Positions 26,943 to 36,382 of a stretch of DNA of 64,000 bases are shown piece after piece. Every line of letters starts with the position of its first letter. Positions within the stretch are counted from its first letter, which is position 1. Below the pieces are notes generated by a model that saw only the letters and a program-made list of their open reading frames with translations, was not told the DNA's origin and made no database searches. Source of the DNA: Mycobacteriales bacterium (lineage in GTDB: Bacteria > Actinomycetota > Actinomycetes > Mycobacteriales > Geodermatophilaceae); NCBI GenBank assembly GCA_038256725.1, contig JBBSKB010000002.1, forward strand, positions 7,469-71,468. Direction: 5' to 3'. A program made the position numbers and the translations under genes.

Positions 26943-27899
26943 GTGGACTTCGACGAGGTGGCCGACGAGCTGTACGAGGTGCCGCCGGAGGAGTTCGTCG
27001 CGCTCCGGAAGGAGCGGCAGGACGCCGTGAAGGCCGACGGCGACAGGGCCCTGGCGAAGGAGATCGGCGCACTGCCCAAGCCGTCGGCCGGCGCGTGGGT
27101 CTGCAACCTGCTGGTCCGGGAGCAGCGCACCGAGTTGGAGGGTCTCGTCGAGCTCGGGGACCTGCTCCGCGAGGCGCAGGAGAACCTGGCCGGTGACCAG
27201 CTGCGCGCCCTCGACGTCCAGCGGCGGCAGCTGGTCACCGCGCTGACCCGGCAGGCACGCAAGCTCGCCGGCGACCGGGGGCACCCGATCAGCACGGCGG
27301 TCGCCACCCAGGTCGAGGAGACGCTGCGCGCCGCGATGTCGGACCCGGACGCCGGCCGGGCGCTGCTCACCGGCCGGCTCACCTCGCCGATGAACTACAG
27401 CGGCCTGGGGACGACGGTCTCGAAGCCTGACCTCCGGCTGGTCCGCCCCGTCCCGAAGACCGAGCGCGCCGCCGCGACACCGAAGAAGGCGACACCCACG
27501 AGGGTGGCACCGGAGAAGCCGGCGGGGGAGTCCGCCGCCGACCGCCGGGCGCGCGAGCAGGAGGAGCGCCGCCGCGCTGCGGAGGAGAAGCGGCAGCGCG
27601 AGGTGGCCGCGGCCCGCGTCGGCCTGGAGGCGGCCACCGCCAGCGCTGACGACGCGGCAGTCACGCTCGAGGAGCACCGGGCGCAGGTCGACGAGCTCGG
27701 CGCTCGGCGCTCAGAGTTGCAGGCGCGGGTGGACGAGCTCGCCGACCAGCTGGCCGAGGCGGAGCGCGCGGCCGCCGACGCCGCGTCCGCGCTCAAGCGG
27801 GAGGAGCGCCGGCGCGCCACCGCGCAGCGGGAGGCCGACGAGGCGGCCGAGGCCCGCGACCGCGCCGCCGCCCACCTGGCCGCGCTCGCCGAGGGCTGA
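26943..27899 (+). CDS. Conserved-looking hypothetical protein with long C-terminal coiled coil
   Basis: VADELYEVPPEEFVALR, LPKPSAGAW; Ala/Glu/Arg-rich tail. Confidence 0.8.
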   Translation: MDFDEVADELYEVPPEEFVALRKERQDAVKADGDRALAKEIGALPKPSAGAWVCNLLVREQRTELEGLVELGDLLREAQENLAGDQLRALDVQRRQLVTALTRQARKLAGDRGHPISTAVATQVEETLRAAMSDPDAGRALLTGRLTSPMNYSGLGTTVSKPDLRLVRPVPKTERAAATPKKATPTRVAPEKPAGESAADRRAREQEERRRAAEEKRQREVAAARVGLEAATASADDAAVTLEEHRAQVDELGARRSELQARVDELADQLAEAERAAADAASALKREERRRATAQREADEAAEARDRAAAHLAALAEG

Positions 27900-27906
27900 T
27901 GCGGGG

Positions 27907-28648
27907 CTAGCGGCGGTTGCGACCGGCGCGCTTGCGCAGGTAGAGGTCCTCGTCGGCCCGGGCCAGCGCGGTGGAGAGCGTGTCGCTCGGGACGACGGTG
28001 GCCAGGCCCACGGACCAGCGGAACTCGTGGCTCTCCGCCAGCCGGTCGAGCAGCTCGTGGGCGCCCTGCTCGTCGGTGGCGGGCAGGCAGAGCACGAACT
28101 CGTCCCCGCCGTAGCGGCCGAGCAGGTCCGCGTGCCGCAGCCGCTCCGACCAGCCCGCGGTCAGCTCGCGCAGCAGTGCGTCCCCGGCGCCGTGCCCGTC
28201 CCGGTCGTTGACCTTCTTGAAGTCGTCGAGGTCGAGGAGGGCGATGCTCAGCGGCTCGCCGGAACGGAGCGCGCGGGCCAGGTGCCGGGCGGGCCGCGTG
28301 CGCCCGGGCGGCAAGCAGCGACAGCACGTGCGCGGCGTACAGGCCCACGGCGATCATGGCCGGGCCGAGCCCGACGATCCCCACCGCCGTCGCCGACCGC
28401 CAGGCCAGCACGCCGATGAGCACCGACAGCGGGGCCAGCGCGCCGTCGAGCGTCCAGGTGGGCAGGTTGCGCCGCAGGAGCGCGAGCGCCGCGCCTCCGA
28501 GCACGCCGACGCAGCCGAGTGCCCGGAGCAGCCCCACGGGGGCGTCCGGGTGCATCGGCCAGACCGCGCCGGCGAGGCACAGGGCTCCGCTGACGAGGTA
28601 GAGCGCTCCCAGCAGCGTCTCCGCCGGGGCGCCGCGCGGGCGGTCCAT
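27907..28648 (-). pseudogene. Membrane diguanylate cyclase broken by an internal deletion/frameshift near 28290
   Basis: TM N-terminus and GGDEF domain (DLDDFKKVND, RYGGDEF) lie in different frames; DxLTGLxNR motif missing. Confidence 0.8.
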
Positions 28649-28739
28649 GACCAGCATCCTTCCGGCCTCCCAGGCCCTACCGGTACCGCTCCGAGGTTCG
28701 GATGCCCCGGCCGGGGGATGCGGGCCGTCGGCCCTGCGG

Positions 28740-30170
28740 TCAGGCGGAGGCGCGGCCGGTCATGTCCTCGCCCGCGGGCGGGGCCTCCTTCGGGCCGCCG
28801 GTCTTCGACGCCTCCCAGTCGGGGCCGAGCTGCTCGAGGGCCAGTCGGCCGTACACCTGCTGCTGGGTGGCCACCCGCTGCGACCGGCCGCGGCCCAGGA
28901 AGCTGACCGTCCAGTGCAGGGCCGCGGTGAGCCGGCTGCGGAACCCGACGATGTAGAGCAGGTGCAGCGCCAGCCACATGACCCAGGCGATGAAGCCCTC
29001 GAACTTCAGCCGGCCGCCGAGGTCGACGACGGCGTGGAAGCGCGAGATCGTCGCCATCGAGCCCTTGTCCTTGTAGCGGAACGGGGCCTGCGGCTCCTTG
29101 CCGGCCAGCCCGCGCTTGATCGCCGTGGCTGCGTAGCGGCCGCCCTGGATGGCGACCTGGGCGACGCCGGGCAGCTTGTCCAGCGCCATCATGTCGCCGA
29201 CGACGTGCACCTCGGGGTGTCCGGGCAGCGTGAGGTCGGGCTGCACGGAGATCCGGCCGGCGCGGTCGACGGCGGCGCCGGACTGCTCGCCGAGCATCCG
29301 GCCCAGCCCGCTGGCCTGCACGCCGGCGGCCCAGATCTTGGTCGCGGCCTCGATGCGGCGGGCCTCCCCGTCGCCGTCCTTCACGTCGATGCCGTTGGCG
29401 TCGACCGAGGTGACCATGGCGCCCAGCTGGACCTCCACGCCGGTCTCGGCGAGCTGGCGGCGGGCGCGCTCGCCGAGCTTCTCGCCGAAGGAGGGGAGCA
29501 CCGCGGGGGCGGCGTCGAGCAGGATCACCCGCGCACTGGTGGGGTCGATCCGGCGGAAGTCGCGACGCAGGGTGCGGCGCGAGAGCTCGGCGATCTGGCC
29601 GGCCATCTCCACACCGGTCGGTCCGGCGCCGACGACGACGAAGGTGAGCAGCCGGTCGATCTCGGTCTCATCGGTGGCCAGCTCGGCCAGCTCGAACGCA
29701 CCGAAGATGCGGCCGCGCAGCTCGAGGGCGTCGTCGATGCTCTTCATGCCGGGGGCGAACTCGGCGAAGTGATCGTTGCCGAAGTACGACTGACCCGCGC
29801 CGGCCGCGACGACCAGCTCGTCGTAGGGGTGCACGGTGGTGCGGCCCAGGACGGTCGAGGTGACGGTGCGGGCGGCGAGGTCGATGTCGACGACCTCGCC
29901 GAGCACCGTCGTCGCGTTCTTCTGGTGCCGCAGCACCTCGCGGGTGGCCGGGGCGATCTCGCCCTCGGAGAGGATGCCGGTGGCCACCTGGTACAGCAGC
30001 GGCTGGAACAGGTGGTGGGCGGTCTTGCCGATCAGGGTGATGTCGACCGGGGCCTTGGCCAGCGCCCTCGCGGCGAACAGACCACCGAAGCCGGAGCCGA
30101 TGATGACGACCCGCGGCCGGCCGCTGTCGGTCTCGCGTCCGGCGGGGGCACGCGTCGCTGATGTCGTCAT
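28740..30170 (-). CDS. ndh: Type II NADH dehydrogenase
   Basis: IIGSGFGG, FQPLLYQVATG, VGAGPTGVEMAG. Confidence 0.93.
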   Translation of the reverse strand: MTTSATRAPAGRETDSGRPRVVIIGSGFGGLFAARALAKAPVDITLIGKTAHHLFQPLLYQVATGILSEGEIAPATREVLRHQKNATTVLGEVVDIDLAARTVTSTVLGRTTVHPYDELVVAAGAGQSYFGNDHFAEFAPGMKSIDDALELRGRIFGAFELAELATDETEIDRLLTFVVVGAGPTGVEMAGQIAELSRRTLRRDFRRIDPTSARVILLDAAPAVLPSFGEKLGERARRQLAETGVEVQLGAMVTSVDANGIDVKDGDGEARRIEAATKIWAAGVQASGLGRMLGEQSGAAVDRAGRISVQPDLTLPGHPEVHVVGDMMALDKLPGVAQVAIQGGRYAATAIKRGLAGKEPQAPFRYKDKGSMATISRFHAVVDLGGRLKFEGFIAWVMWLALHLLYIVGFRSRLTAALHWTVSFLGRGRSQRVATQQQVYGRLALEQLGPDWEASKTGGPKEAPPAGEDMTGRASA

Positions 30171-30415
30171 GCTCACGATTCTCCCACTCCGAACGGCTCC
30201 GACCCCCGGTGACGCCGGGCGATCCGAACCACATCTGGGCGGTTCCGGCCGCACCCGATCGAGATCGCCCACGACTACCGGACGACGGTACGCACCATGG
30301 AGGCGATCGGGCGCCGGGAGGCGTTCGGGCGGCACCGGGACCCGTCGCACGTCGGCGTTCGACCGACCGGGCGCGGCGTTCGACACCGTCGTCGCCAGCG
30401 GCAACTGACGTGTCC

Positions 30416-30445
30416 GGGATCCGCCGGGGTGACCCGGCGGATCCC
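30416..30445 (-). terminator. 13-bp perfect hairpin after the cupredoxin operon
   Basis: GGGATCCGCCGGG-GTGA-CCCGGCGGATCCC. Confidence 0.7.
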
Positions 30446-30450
30446 GCGCC

Positions 30451-30897
30451 TCACCGCCGCCGGTGCCCCCGGGCCAGCACCGTGAGGCCCAGCAGGACGA
30501 CGATCGCGGCGACCTCGACCCAGAAGGTCTCCTGCCACCACGGCGCGACGTCGGACTCGACGAAGTCGAACATCCCCGGCTCCAGGCCGAGCACGCCGTA
30601 GGTCGACTGCAGCAGCGCCCCCAGGGAGCCGGCGGCGAACAGCAGGCCGAGCACGGCGGCCCAGACGAGCAGCCGCCACGGTGCGATCAGCACGAGCAGC
30701 GCCCCGCCGAAGCCGAGCAGGGCCTGCAGCAGGAATGCCGGTCCGATCACGTCGATGGAGTCGTAGCCGTCCAGCCACAGGTTCAGGTGGATGGCAGCGA
30801 TCCCAGCGAGCAATACCGCACCGAGGACGCGCAGCGCCCAGAGCACAGCGGTCGACCGGCTCGGCTTCGTCGTCGGGTGGGCCGGGGCGGTGGTCAT
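30451..30897 (-). CDS. Four-TM membrane protein coupled to a cupredoxin gene
   Basis: ATGA overlap; AIHLNLWLDGY..IGPAFLL. Confidence 0.8.
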   Translation of the reverse strand: MTTAPAHPTTKPSRSTAVLWALRVLGAVLLAGIAAIHLNLWLDGYDSIDVIGPAFLLQALLGFGGALLVLIAPWRLLVWAAVLGLLFAAGSLGALLQSTYGVLGLEPGMFDFVESDVAPWWQETFWVEVAAIVVLLGLTVLARGHRRR

Positions 30898-31403
30898 GCC
30901 GTGACCGTCACCGGGACCTCCATGCCCATCTGCCGGTGGTTCCCGACCGAGCAGTAGAAGACGTAGTCACCCTCCTCGAGAGTCACCTCGAAGCTCGAGG
31001 TCTCCCCGGGGCCGATCTGCTCGGACTTCCCGACGTCCTCCCCGTCACGCTCCACGACGAGGTCGTGGGTGGCATTGCCCGTGTTGGTCAGCGTGATCTC
31101 GTAGGTGCCCGCGGCGAGGGTGTCCTGCGGCAACTCGAAGGAGAAGTCGACCGAGTCGACGGCCAGGGTCTGCGTCTGCCCGGCCTGCGGCGCCTCGCTG
31201 GCCGACGACCGGGCAGGTGACGACGAGCTGGACGAGGACTCGGAGCTCTCGCTCGTGGACGCCGGGGTGGACGTGGCATCGGACTCGTCGTCACCGCACG
31301 CGGTCAGCAGGCCGAGCCCGACGGCCAGGAGTGCGGCGGCACCCCTGGTCCGTCCGCGGCGGCTGGGGGAGCGGGTGGTCGCGGAGCCGGTGGGCACGGA
31401 CAC
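30894..31403 (-). CDS. Cupredoxin (type 1 Cu) lipoprotein
   Basis: Lipobox LTAC, Ser-rich linker, HDL...YCSVGNHRQMGM. Confidence 0.88.
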   Translation of the reverse strand: MSVPTGSATTRSPSRRGRTRGAAALLAVGLGLLTACGDDESDATSTPASTSESSESSSSSSSPARSSASEAPQAGQTQTLAVDSVDFSFELPQDTLAAGTYEITLTNTGNATHDLVVERDGEDVGKSEQIGPGETSSFEVTLEEGDYVFYCSVGNHRQMGMEVPVTVTA

Positions 31404-31567
31404 GGGAACCTCCAGAGGGTCCGGCGGCCCGCTCACCGATCGGGGGCGGCGCACGCCTGTGCGGGATACTCCAACGTTCCAGCGCGGCGGCGTAAGGGGT
31501 TCGCGCTCCGCACAGCTACTCGACAGGGCTGACGCCCGCTGTCCGAGCCGGTCGACGGCGGCAGGCA

Positions 31568-32053
31568 TCAGGTGACCGTCACCGTGATCTCCATGCCCAT
31601 CGACCGGTGGGTGCCGACGGAGCAGTAGAAGACGTACTCGCCGGGCTCCAGCTCGACCGCGAGGGTGCCGGTGTCGCCGGGGCTGAGGATCTCGGTGGCT
31701 GCGACGTCCTCGCCGTCCCGCTCGATGACCAGGTCGTGGCTGGCGCCGCCGTCGTTGGTCACCGCGATCTCGTACTCGCCGGCGGCCATCTCGGTCTCGG
31801 AGAGCTCGATGTCGAAGTCGACCAGCGAGACGGTCGGCGCGGCGGTCGCCGCCTCCGCCGGTGCCGACGGCGAGCCGCCCGCGCTCGAGGAGGGGGCACT
31901 GGAGTTCGACGTCGCCGACGAGCCCGCGGCGGGGCCGTTGTCGTCGTCGGAGCTCGTGCATCCGGTCAGGGCCAGGAGACCGGCCAGGACGACGGTCGCT
32001 CCCAGCCGTGCGGCGGGGCGGTTCAGGGCGGTGGTCCGGAACGGCTGGGTCAC
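31568..32053 (-). CDS. Cupredoxin (type 1 Cu) lipoprotein, paralog
   Basis: Lipobox LTGC, HDL...YCSVGTHRSMGM; GGAGGA RBS. Confidence 0.88.
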   Translation of the reverse strand: MTQPFRTTALNRPAARLGATVVLAGLLALTGCTSSDDDNGPAAGSSATSNSSAPSSSAGGSPSAPAEAATAAPTVSLVDFDIELSETEMAAGEYEIAVTNDGGASHDLVIERDGEDVAATEILSPGDTGTLAVELEPGEYVFYCSVGTHRSMGMEITVTVT

Positions 32054-32330
32054 GGGATGTCCTCCGGTCTGGGCGGCCACGCCACCGGAGGCAGCGGTGC
32101 CCGGGAGCCGTCGCCGCACCGTCGCCGCGCCGTGCCCCGTCGTCAGCCTTCGTTCCCACCCGCGATCCGGTTCGCCGCCCACGGTGCGGCTCAGGCTGCC
32201 CCGGACCGTCGGCTGGTGCCTGCGCACGGACACGGAGGGCCTCTCCCCGCGACGGCGCCACGTCCCGATGGCCAAGATCACCGGGGTGGTCTCGGCCGTG
32301 GACATGCCCCGACCGGAGCGGAGGCCGGGG

Positions 32331-32855
32331 TCAGGACCGCGCGGCGGCCGTCGCCTCGCGGCGGGCGTCCCTGGCGGCCTGCTTCGCCTGCTTGTCCGCC
32401 AGCTTGACGGCCTTCTTCACCGTCACGCGGGGGCGGCGCTCGATCAGCCCCCGGGTCATCAGCCCGATGCCGATGCCGACCAGCCAGCTGTCCTTGGCGA
32501 CGGCCAGCCCCTGCTCGGTGGGGGCGAGGCTGCCGGGCTTCCGCATCCCCGGCGTCTTCAGGTAGAGGCCCAGAAGGCCACCGGAGAAGGCGGTGAGCGC
32601 GGCACCGGCGGCGAAGGTCGGCACGAACGGGGTGAGCAGGGCGGCCCCGAGCACGATCTCGGCGGTGGCCAGTCCCTGCACGAACTGCTGCGGCGGCACG
32701 GATCTCAGGACCGGGTAGGTGCCGGCAGCGAAACCGTGCATCCCGGCCGCGGTCTCCTCGTCGGCCCCGCGCTTGCCGAGCCCGCTGTTGAGGATGAAGG
32801 CGCCGGCGCTGATGCGGGGGGCGATCTCGGACAGGGTGATGGGCAGCTTCAGCAT
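32331..32855 (-). CDS. DoxX-like membrane protein
   Basis: RISAGAFILNSG, GLYLKTPGM, AKDSW. Confidence 0.75.
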   Translation of the reverse strand: MLKLPITLSEIAPRISAGAFILNSGLGKRGADEETAAGMHGFAAGTYPVLRSVPPQQFVQGLATAEIVLGAALLTPFVPTFAAGAALTAFSGGLLGLYLKTPGMRKPGSLAPTEQGLAVAKDSWLVGIGIGLMTRGLIERRPRVTVKKAVKLADKQAKQAARDARREATAAARS

Positions 32856-32920
32856 GGGGGCGCTGTGCCCAGCCCCGGTCCGGCCAATCGTCGCCGTCCA
32901 CCCCCTGAGCCCGCGTCCCC

Positions 32921-32988
32921 TGATCGTCGAGCGTCCTCCCTCGTGGTGCACGGTGAGGGAGGACGCTCGGCGGTGAGGGAGGACGTCG
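32921..32988. repeat. REP-like palindromic element, copy 1
   Basis: 15-bp inverted repeat plus a CGGTGAGGGAGGACG direct repeat; similar to 53492-53559. Confidence 0.75.
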
Positions 32989-32998
32989 TGCGGAGGGG

Positions 32999-34630
32999 TC
33001 AGCGACCCCGGCGCGAGCCGGCGCTGAACGACGCGGCCGACGACGAACCGGCGCGGGCGGCGAGCTCCGCGCGGGTGCGGGCCGGTCCGGACGAGCGGCC
33101 GGAACCGCCCGAGCTCCCCGAGCCGCCACGGCCGCCGGAGGCCGGCTTGGCCGAGGAGGTGCCGCGGCCGCCACCACCACCACCGCCGCCACCGGCGCCA
33201 CGACGACGTCCGCCACCGTTGCCCTGCGGCTGCTGCTCCACCACGGGAGCCGGCTCGACGTAGGGCGCCGGCGGACCGGTCAGCTCCTCGAGCAGCGGCG
33301 CACCGGGGGCGACCTTGCTGACCAGCGGGTTGATGCCGGCCTGACGGGTCAGGGTGCGCACCTCGCCGACCATGTCCGGGGTGGTGATGGTGACGACGAT
33401 GCCGCCGGCACCGGCGCGGGCGGTGCGGCCCGAGCGGTGCAGGTAGGCCTTGTGCTCGGTCGGCGGGTCGACGTGCACGACCAGCGCGACGTCGTCGACG
33501 TGGATGCCGCGGGCGGCGATGTCGGTCGCGCACAGCACCCGGGTCGAGCCGTTGCTGAACGCCTCGAGGTTGCGCTCGCGGGCGTTCTGGCTCAGGTTGC
33601 CGTGCAGGTCGACGGCGGGGATGCCCTGCGCGGTGAGCTGCTTGGCCAGCTTCTTCGCCTGGTGCTTGGTGCGGGTGAACAGCACGCTGCGGCCCAGGCC
33701 CGAGGCGAGCTGGCGCACGACCTCGGGCTTGTCGGCGGTCTGCACGTGGAAGACGTGGTGGGTCATGGTGCTGACCGGGGCGACGGCCGGGTCGACCGAG
33801 TGGGTGACCGGGCTGCTCAGGTAGCGCTTGACCAGGATGTCGACGCCGTTGTCCAGCGTGGCGGAGAAGAGCATCCGCTGGCCGACCTTCGGGGTGCGGT
33901 CCATGATCCGCTTGACGCCGGGCAGGAAGCCGAGGTCGGCCATGTGGTCGGCCTCGTCGAGGATGGTGACCTCGATGGCGCCGAGGTCGCAGTGGCCCTG
34001 CTGGATGAGGTCCTCGAGCCGGCCGGGGCAGGCGATGACGACGTCGACACCCTGCGAGAGCGCCTGGACCTGGGGGTTCTGGCCGACGCCACCGAAGATC
34101 GTGGTGGTGCGCATGCCGAGCGCGCGGGCCATCGGGTCGACGACGGCGGCGACCTGGTTGGCCAGCTCGCGGGTCGGCACGAGGATCAGCGAGCGCGGGC
34201 GCTTCGGCGTCCGCAAGCTGTCCGAGGCGGCCAGGCGGGCGACCAGCGGGATGCTGAAGGCGAGCGTCTTGCCCGAGCCGGTGCGGCCGCGGCCGAGGAC
34301 GTCCCGGCCGCCGAGGCTGTCGGGGAGCGTCGCGACCTGGATCGGGAACGGCGCGGTGATGCCGCTGCCGGTGAGCACCTCGACGAGGGGGGCGGGAACG
34401 CCCAGCGCCTCGAAGGTGGTGTCGGTGGGCAGCACGGTCGCGTCGGCCCCGACGGGGACGACGACGGGAGCCGGCGCGGCGGGCGCCGGACGGTCCTGCT
34501 GCTGGTCCTGCGGGCTCTGCTCGCCGGCGGGGCGGGTGCCCGCGCCGCGGCCACGACCACCGCGACGGCGGCGGGGGCCGCCGTCCGAGGAGGGAGCGGA
34601 GGCGGGGGAGTGGTTGGTGCTGGAGGTCAA
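32999..34630 (-). CDS. DEAD-box RNA helicase
   Basis: PFPIQ, TGSGKT, PTRELA, DEAD, SAT, HRSGRTAR; TTG start after AAGGA. Confidence 0.95.
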   Translation of the reverse strand: MTSSTNHSPASAPSSDGGPRRRRGGRGRGAGTRPAGEQSPQDQQQDRPAPAAPAPVVVPVGADATVLPTDTTFEALGVPAPLVEVLTGSGITAPFPIQVATLPDSLGGRDVLGRGRTGSGKTLAFSIPLVARLAASDSLRTPKRPRSLILVPTRELANQVAAVVDPMARALGMRTTTIFGGVGQNPQVQALSQGVDVVIACPGRLEDLIQQGHCDLGAIEVTILDEADHMADLGFLPGVKRIMDRTPKVGQRMLFSATLDNGVDILVKRYLSSPVTHSVDPAVAPVSTMTHHVFHVQTADKPEVVRQLASGLGRSVLFTRTKHQAKKLAKQLTAQGIPAVDLHGNLSQNARERNLEAFSNGSTRVLCATDIAARGIHVDDVALVVHVDPPTEHKAYLHRSGRTARAGAGGIVVTITTPDMVGEVRTLTRQAGINPLVSKVAPGAPLLEELTGPPAPYVEPAPVVEQQPQGNGGGRRRGAGGGGGGGGGRGTSSAKPASGGRGGSGSSGGSGRSSGPARTRAELAARAGSSSAASFSAGSRRGR

Positions 34631-34868
34631 GGGAGTCCTTCGACGTTCGGTGGCTGCACTCCACCTCGCGAACGCGCGCGCCGGCACGACTGCACAGGGG
34701 CAGGGCGGGCTCGCATCGTCGGCGAGACGTCGGTCAGCCGGGCGCACCAAGGTGGCGCAGCCTCAGCCCGACGTCGATTCCTGCCGCTCAGGATGAGCGA
34801 GGGCGGCGCCGGTACGTAGTACTCAACCAGACGCACCGCCCGCGTGGTCCCACCGACGGGGAGGGACA

Positions 34869-34885
34869 GGTCACATCGGGTGACC
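34869..34885. promoter_or_regulatory. Palindromic operator matching BldD-type TNAC-N5-GTNA
   Basis: GGTCAC-ATCGG-GTGACC. Confidence 0.35.
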
Positions 34886-34909
34886 CGATTCCCACACCTC
34901 CGGTCGACC

Positions 34910-34962
34910 GACCCTGCTTTTCCGCGGAAAAGCGTCCTGCTTTTCCGCGGAAAAGCAGGGTC
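34910..34962. repeat. Nested palindrome, probable terminator or REP element
   Basis: 24-bp perfect inverted repeat; each arm contains the palindrome GCTTTTCCGCGGAAAAGC. Confidence 0.8.
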
Positions 34963-35794
34963 AGTGGGCGTGGCGGGCGGCGAACTCGCCGGGGGTCATC
35001 CCGGTGACGGCGGCGAAGTCGCGGGAGAAGTGCGGCTGGTCGGCATAACCGAGCGCAGCGGCGACGTCGGCGAGCGCGGTGCCGTGCACGCGCAGTCGCT
35101 CGGCGGCCTCCTGCAGCCGCCGGCGCTGGATCAGCCACTTGGGTGTCAGCCCGATCCGCCGGTGCACCAGCCGCTGCAGCGCGCGCTCGCCCAGCCCGAA
35201 CTCCGCACACACCTGGGCGACGCGGGTGACGTCGCTGCGGGACTCGACGAAGGCGACCAGCCGGTTGACCAGTTCACCCTCGTCGTCGATCGGCAGGTAG
35301 TGGTGCAGGGCGTCGTCGAACGCGTTCATCGCCGTCGCGTGGGCCGCCGGGTCGGGAGGGTTCGCAGCCATCGCCGTCCGTACGCGGTCGGTGAGCGCCC
35401 GCCCGGCATCGCCGAGCACCTCGGGGACGTCGACGGCGCGATCGGTGAACTCCGCCATCGGCCGGCCGGTCAGCAGGAACCCGGCGGCGGGCGCGCACGC
35501 GACGCCGACCGCCCAGCCCTCGCCGGTCAGCGTGGTGGTCGAGAGTCCGGCGACGACGCCGTAGAAGCGGGCGTAGTCCGCGGCGATCACGATCAGCGAG
35601 TTCGGGTACTGGAGCACCTTCTGGGGCGCCTCCTGCCCCGGCGGCACCGACCAGACCGGGATCCAGAACCACTGCAGGAACCCGGCGAACTCCGTGGGCG
35701 CCTCATAGCGGTGCATCCGGTGCGAGGCGTCGCGCGGATCCTTGAGGTGGGCGCGCGCGATCGCGTCGAGGCGGTCGCTGTCGGGTTTCATCAA
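34961..35794 (-). CDS. AraC-family transcriptional regulator
   Basis: GLTPKW, LADVAAALGYADQPHFSRDF. Confidence 0.9.
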   Translation of the reverse strand: MMKPDSDRLDAIARAHLKDPRDASHRMHRYEAPTEFAGFLQWFWIPVWSVPPGQEAPQKVLQYPNSLIVIAADYARFYGVVAGLSTTTLTGEGWAVGVACAPAAGFLLTGRPMAEFTDRAVDVPEVLGDAGRALTDRVRTAMAANPPDPAAHATAMNAFDDALHHYLPIDDEGELVNRLVAFVESRSDVTRVAQVCAEFGLGERALQRLVHRRIGLTPKWLIQRRRLQEAAERLRVHGTALADVAAALGYADQPHFSRDFAAVTGMTPGEFAARHAH

Positions 35795-35829
35795 GACAGA
35801 GGGTGCCGCAGCGGGGCAGGGTCGAGTGC

Positions 35830-36375
35830 ATGAACGAGACCGCGATGTCCTACGAAGCCGCCGAGCGCCCGCTGACCGCCGTCCTGGACGTGCTGCCCCA
35901 GGAGGCGTGGCACGCGCCGTCGCCCTGCGAGGGCTGGACCGCCGCCGACGTGGTCGGGCACCTGGTGACCACCGAGCGCGAGTTCCTGGCCGGGCGTGGA
36001 GTCGAGCTCGGGGCGGCGCCGGACGTGGCGGCCGACCCGGCCGGTACCTGGCGCGCGCACGCGGAGCGGGTCCGGGAGGCGCTCACCGACAACGTCGTCG
36101 CGACGCCGTACGAGAGCTTCTTCGGGCCGAGCACGATCGGCGAGACGTTCGAGCGGTTCTACGTGTGGGACATGGTCGTGCACCGCTGGGACGTCGCGAC
36201 CGCCGCCGGCGTGGACGCCGGGCTGACCGACGACGAGCTCGACCGCATCGACCGCGGCGCCGACGGCTTCGGGCCGGCGCTGCACTCCGACGGCGTCTGC
36301 GCACCCGCCGTCGAGGTGCCCGCCGACGCCGACCGTGCGACCCGGGTGCTCGCCCGCCTCGGCCGCCGCGCCTGA
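35830..36375 (+). CDS. Mycothiol-dependent maleylpyruvate isomerase/DinB-superfamily protein
   Basis: PSPCEGWTAADVVGHL, VVHRWDVA. Confidence 0.85.
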   Translation: MNETAMSYEAAERPLTAVLDVLPQEAWHAPSPCEGWTAADVVGHLVTTEREFLAGRGVELGAAPDVAADPAGTWRAHAERVREALTDNVVATPYESFFGPSTIGETFERFYVWDMVVHRWDVATAAGVDAGLTDDELDRIDRGADGFGPALHSDGVCAPAVEVPADADRATRVLARLGRRA

Positions 36376-36382
36376 GGCCTGG

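Noticed and set aside
30171-30410. Rex operator or small RNA upstream of ndh
   Set aside because: No TGTGAA-N-TTCACA palindrome or convincing structure
32951-32988. CRISPR-like direct repeats
   Set aside because: Only two units, 5-bp spacer, no cas genes; part of a REP-like element
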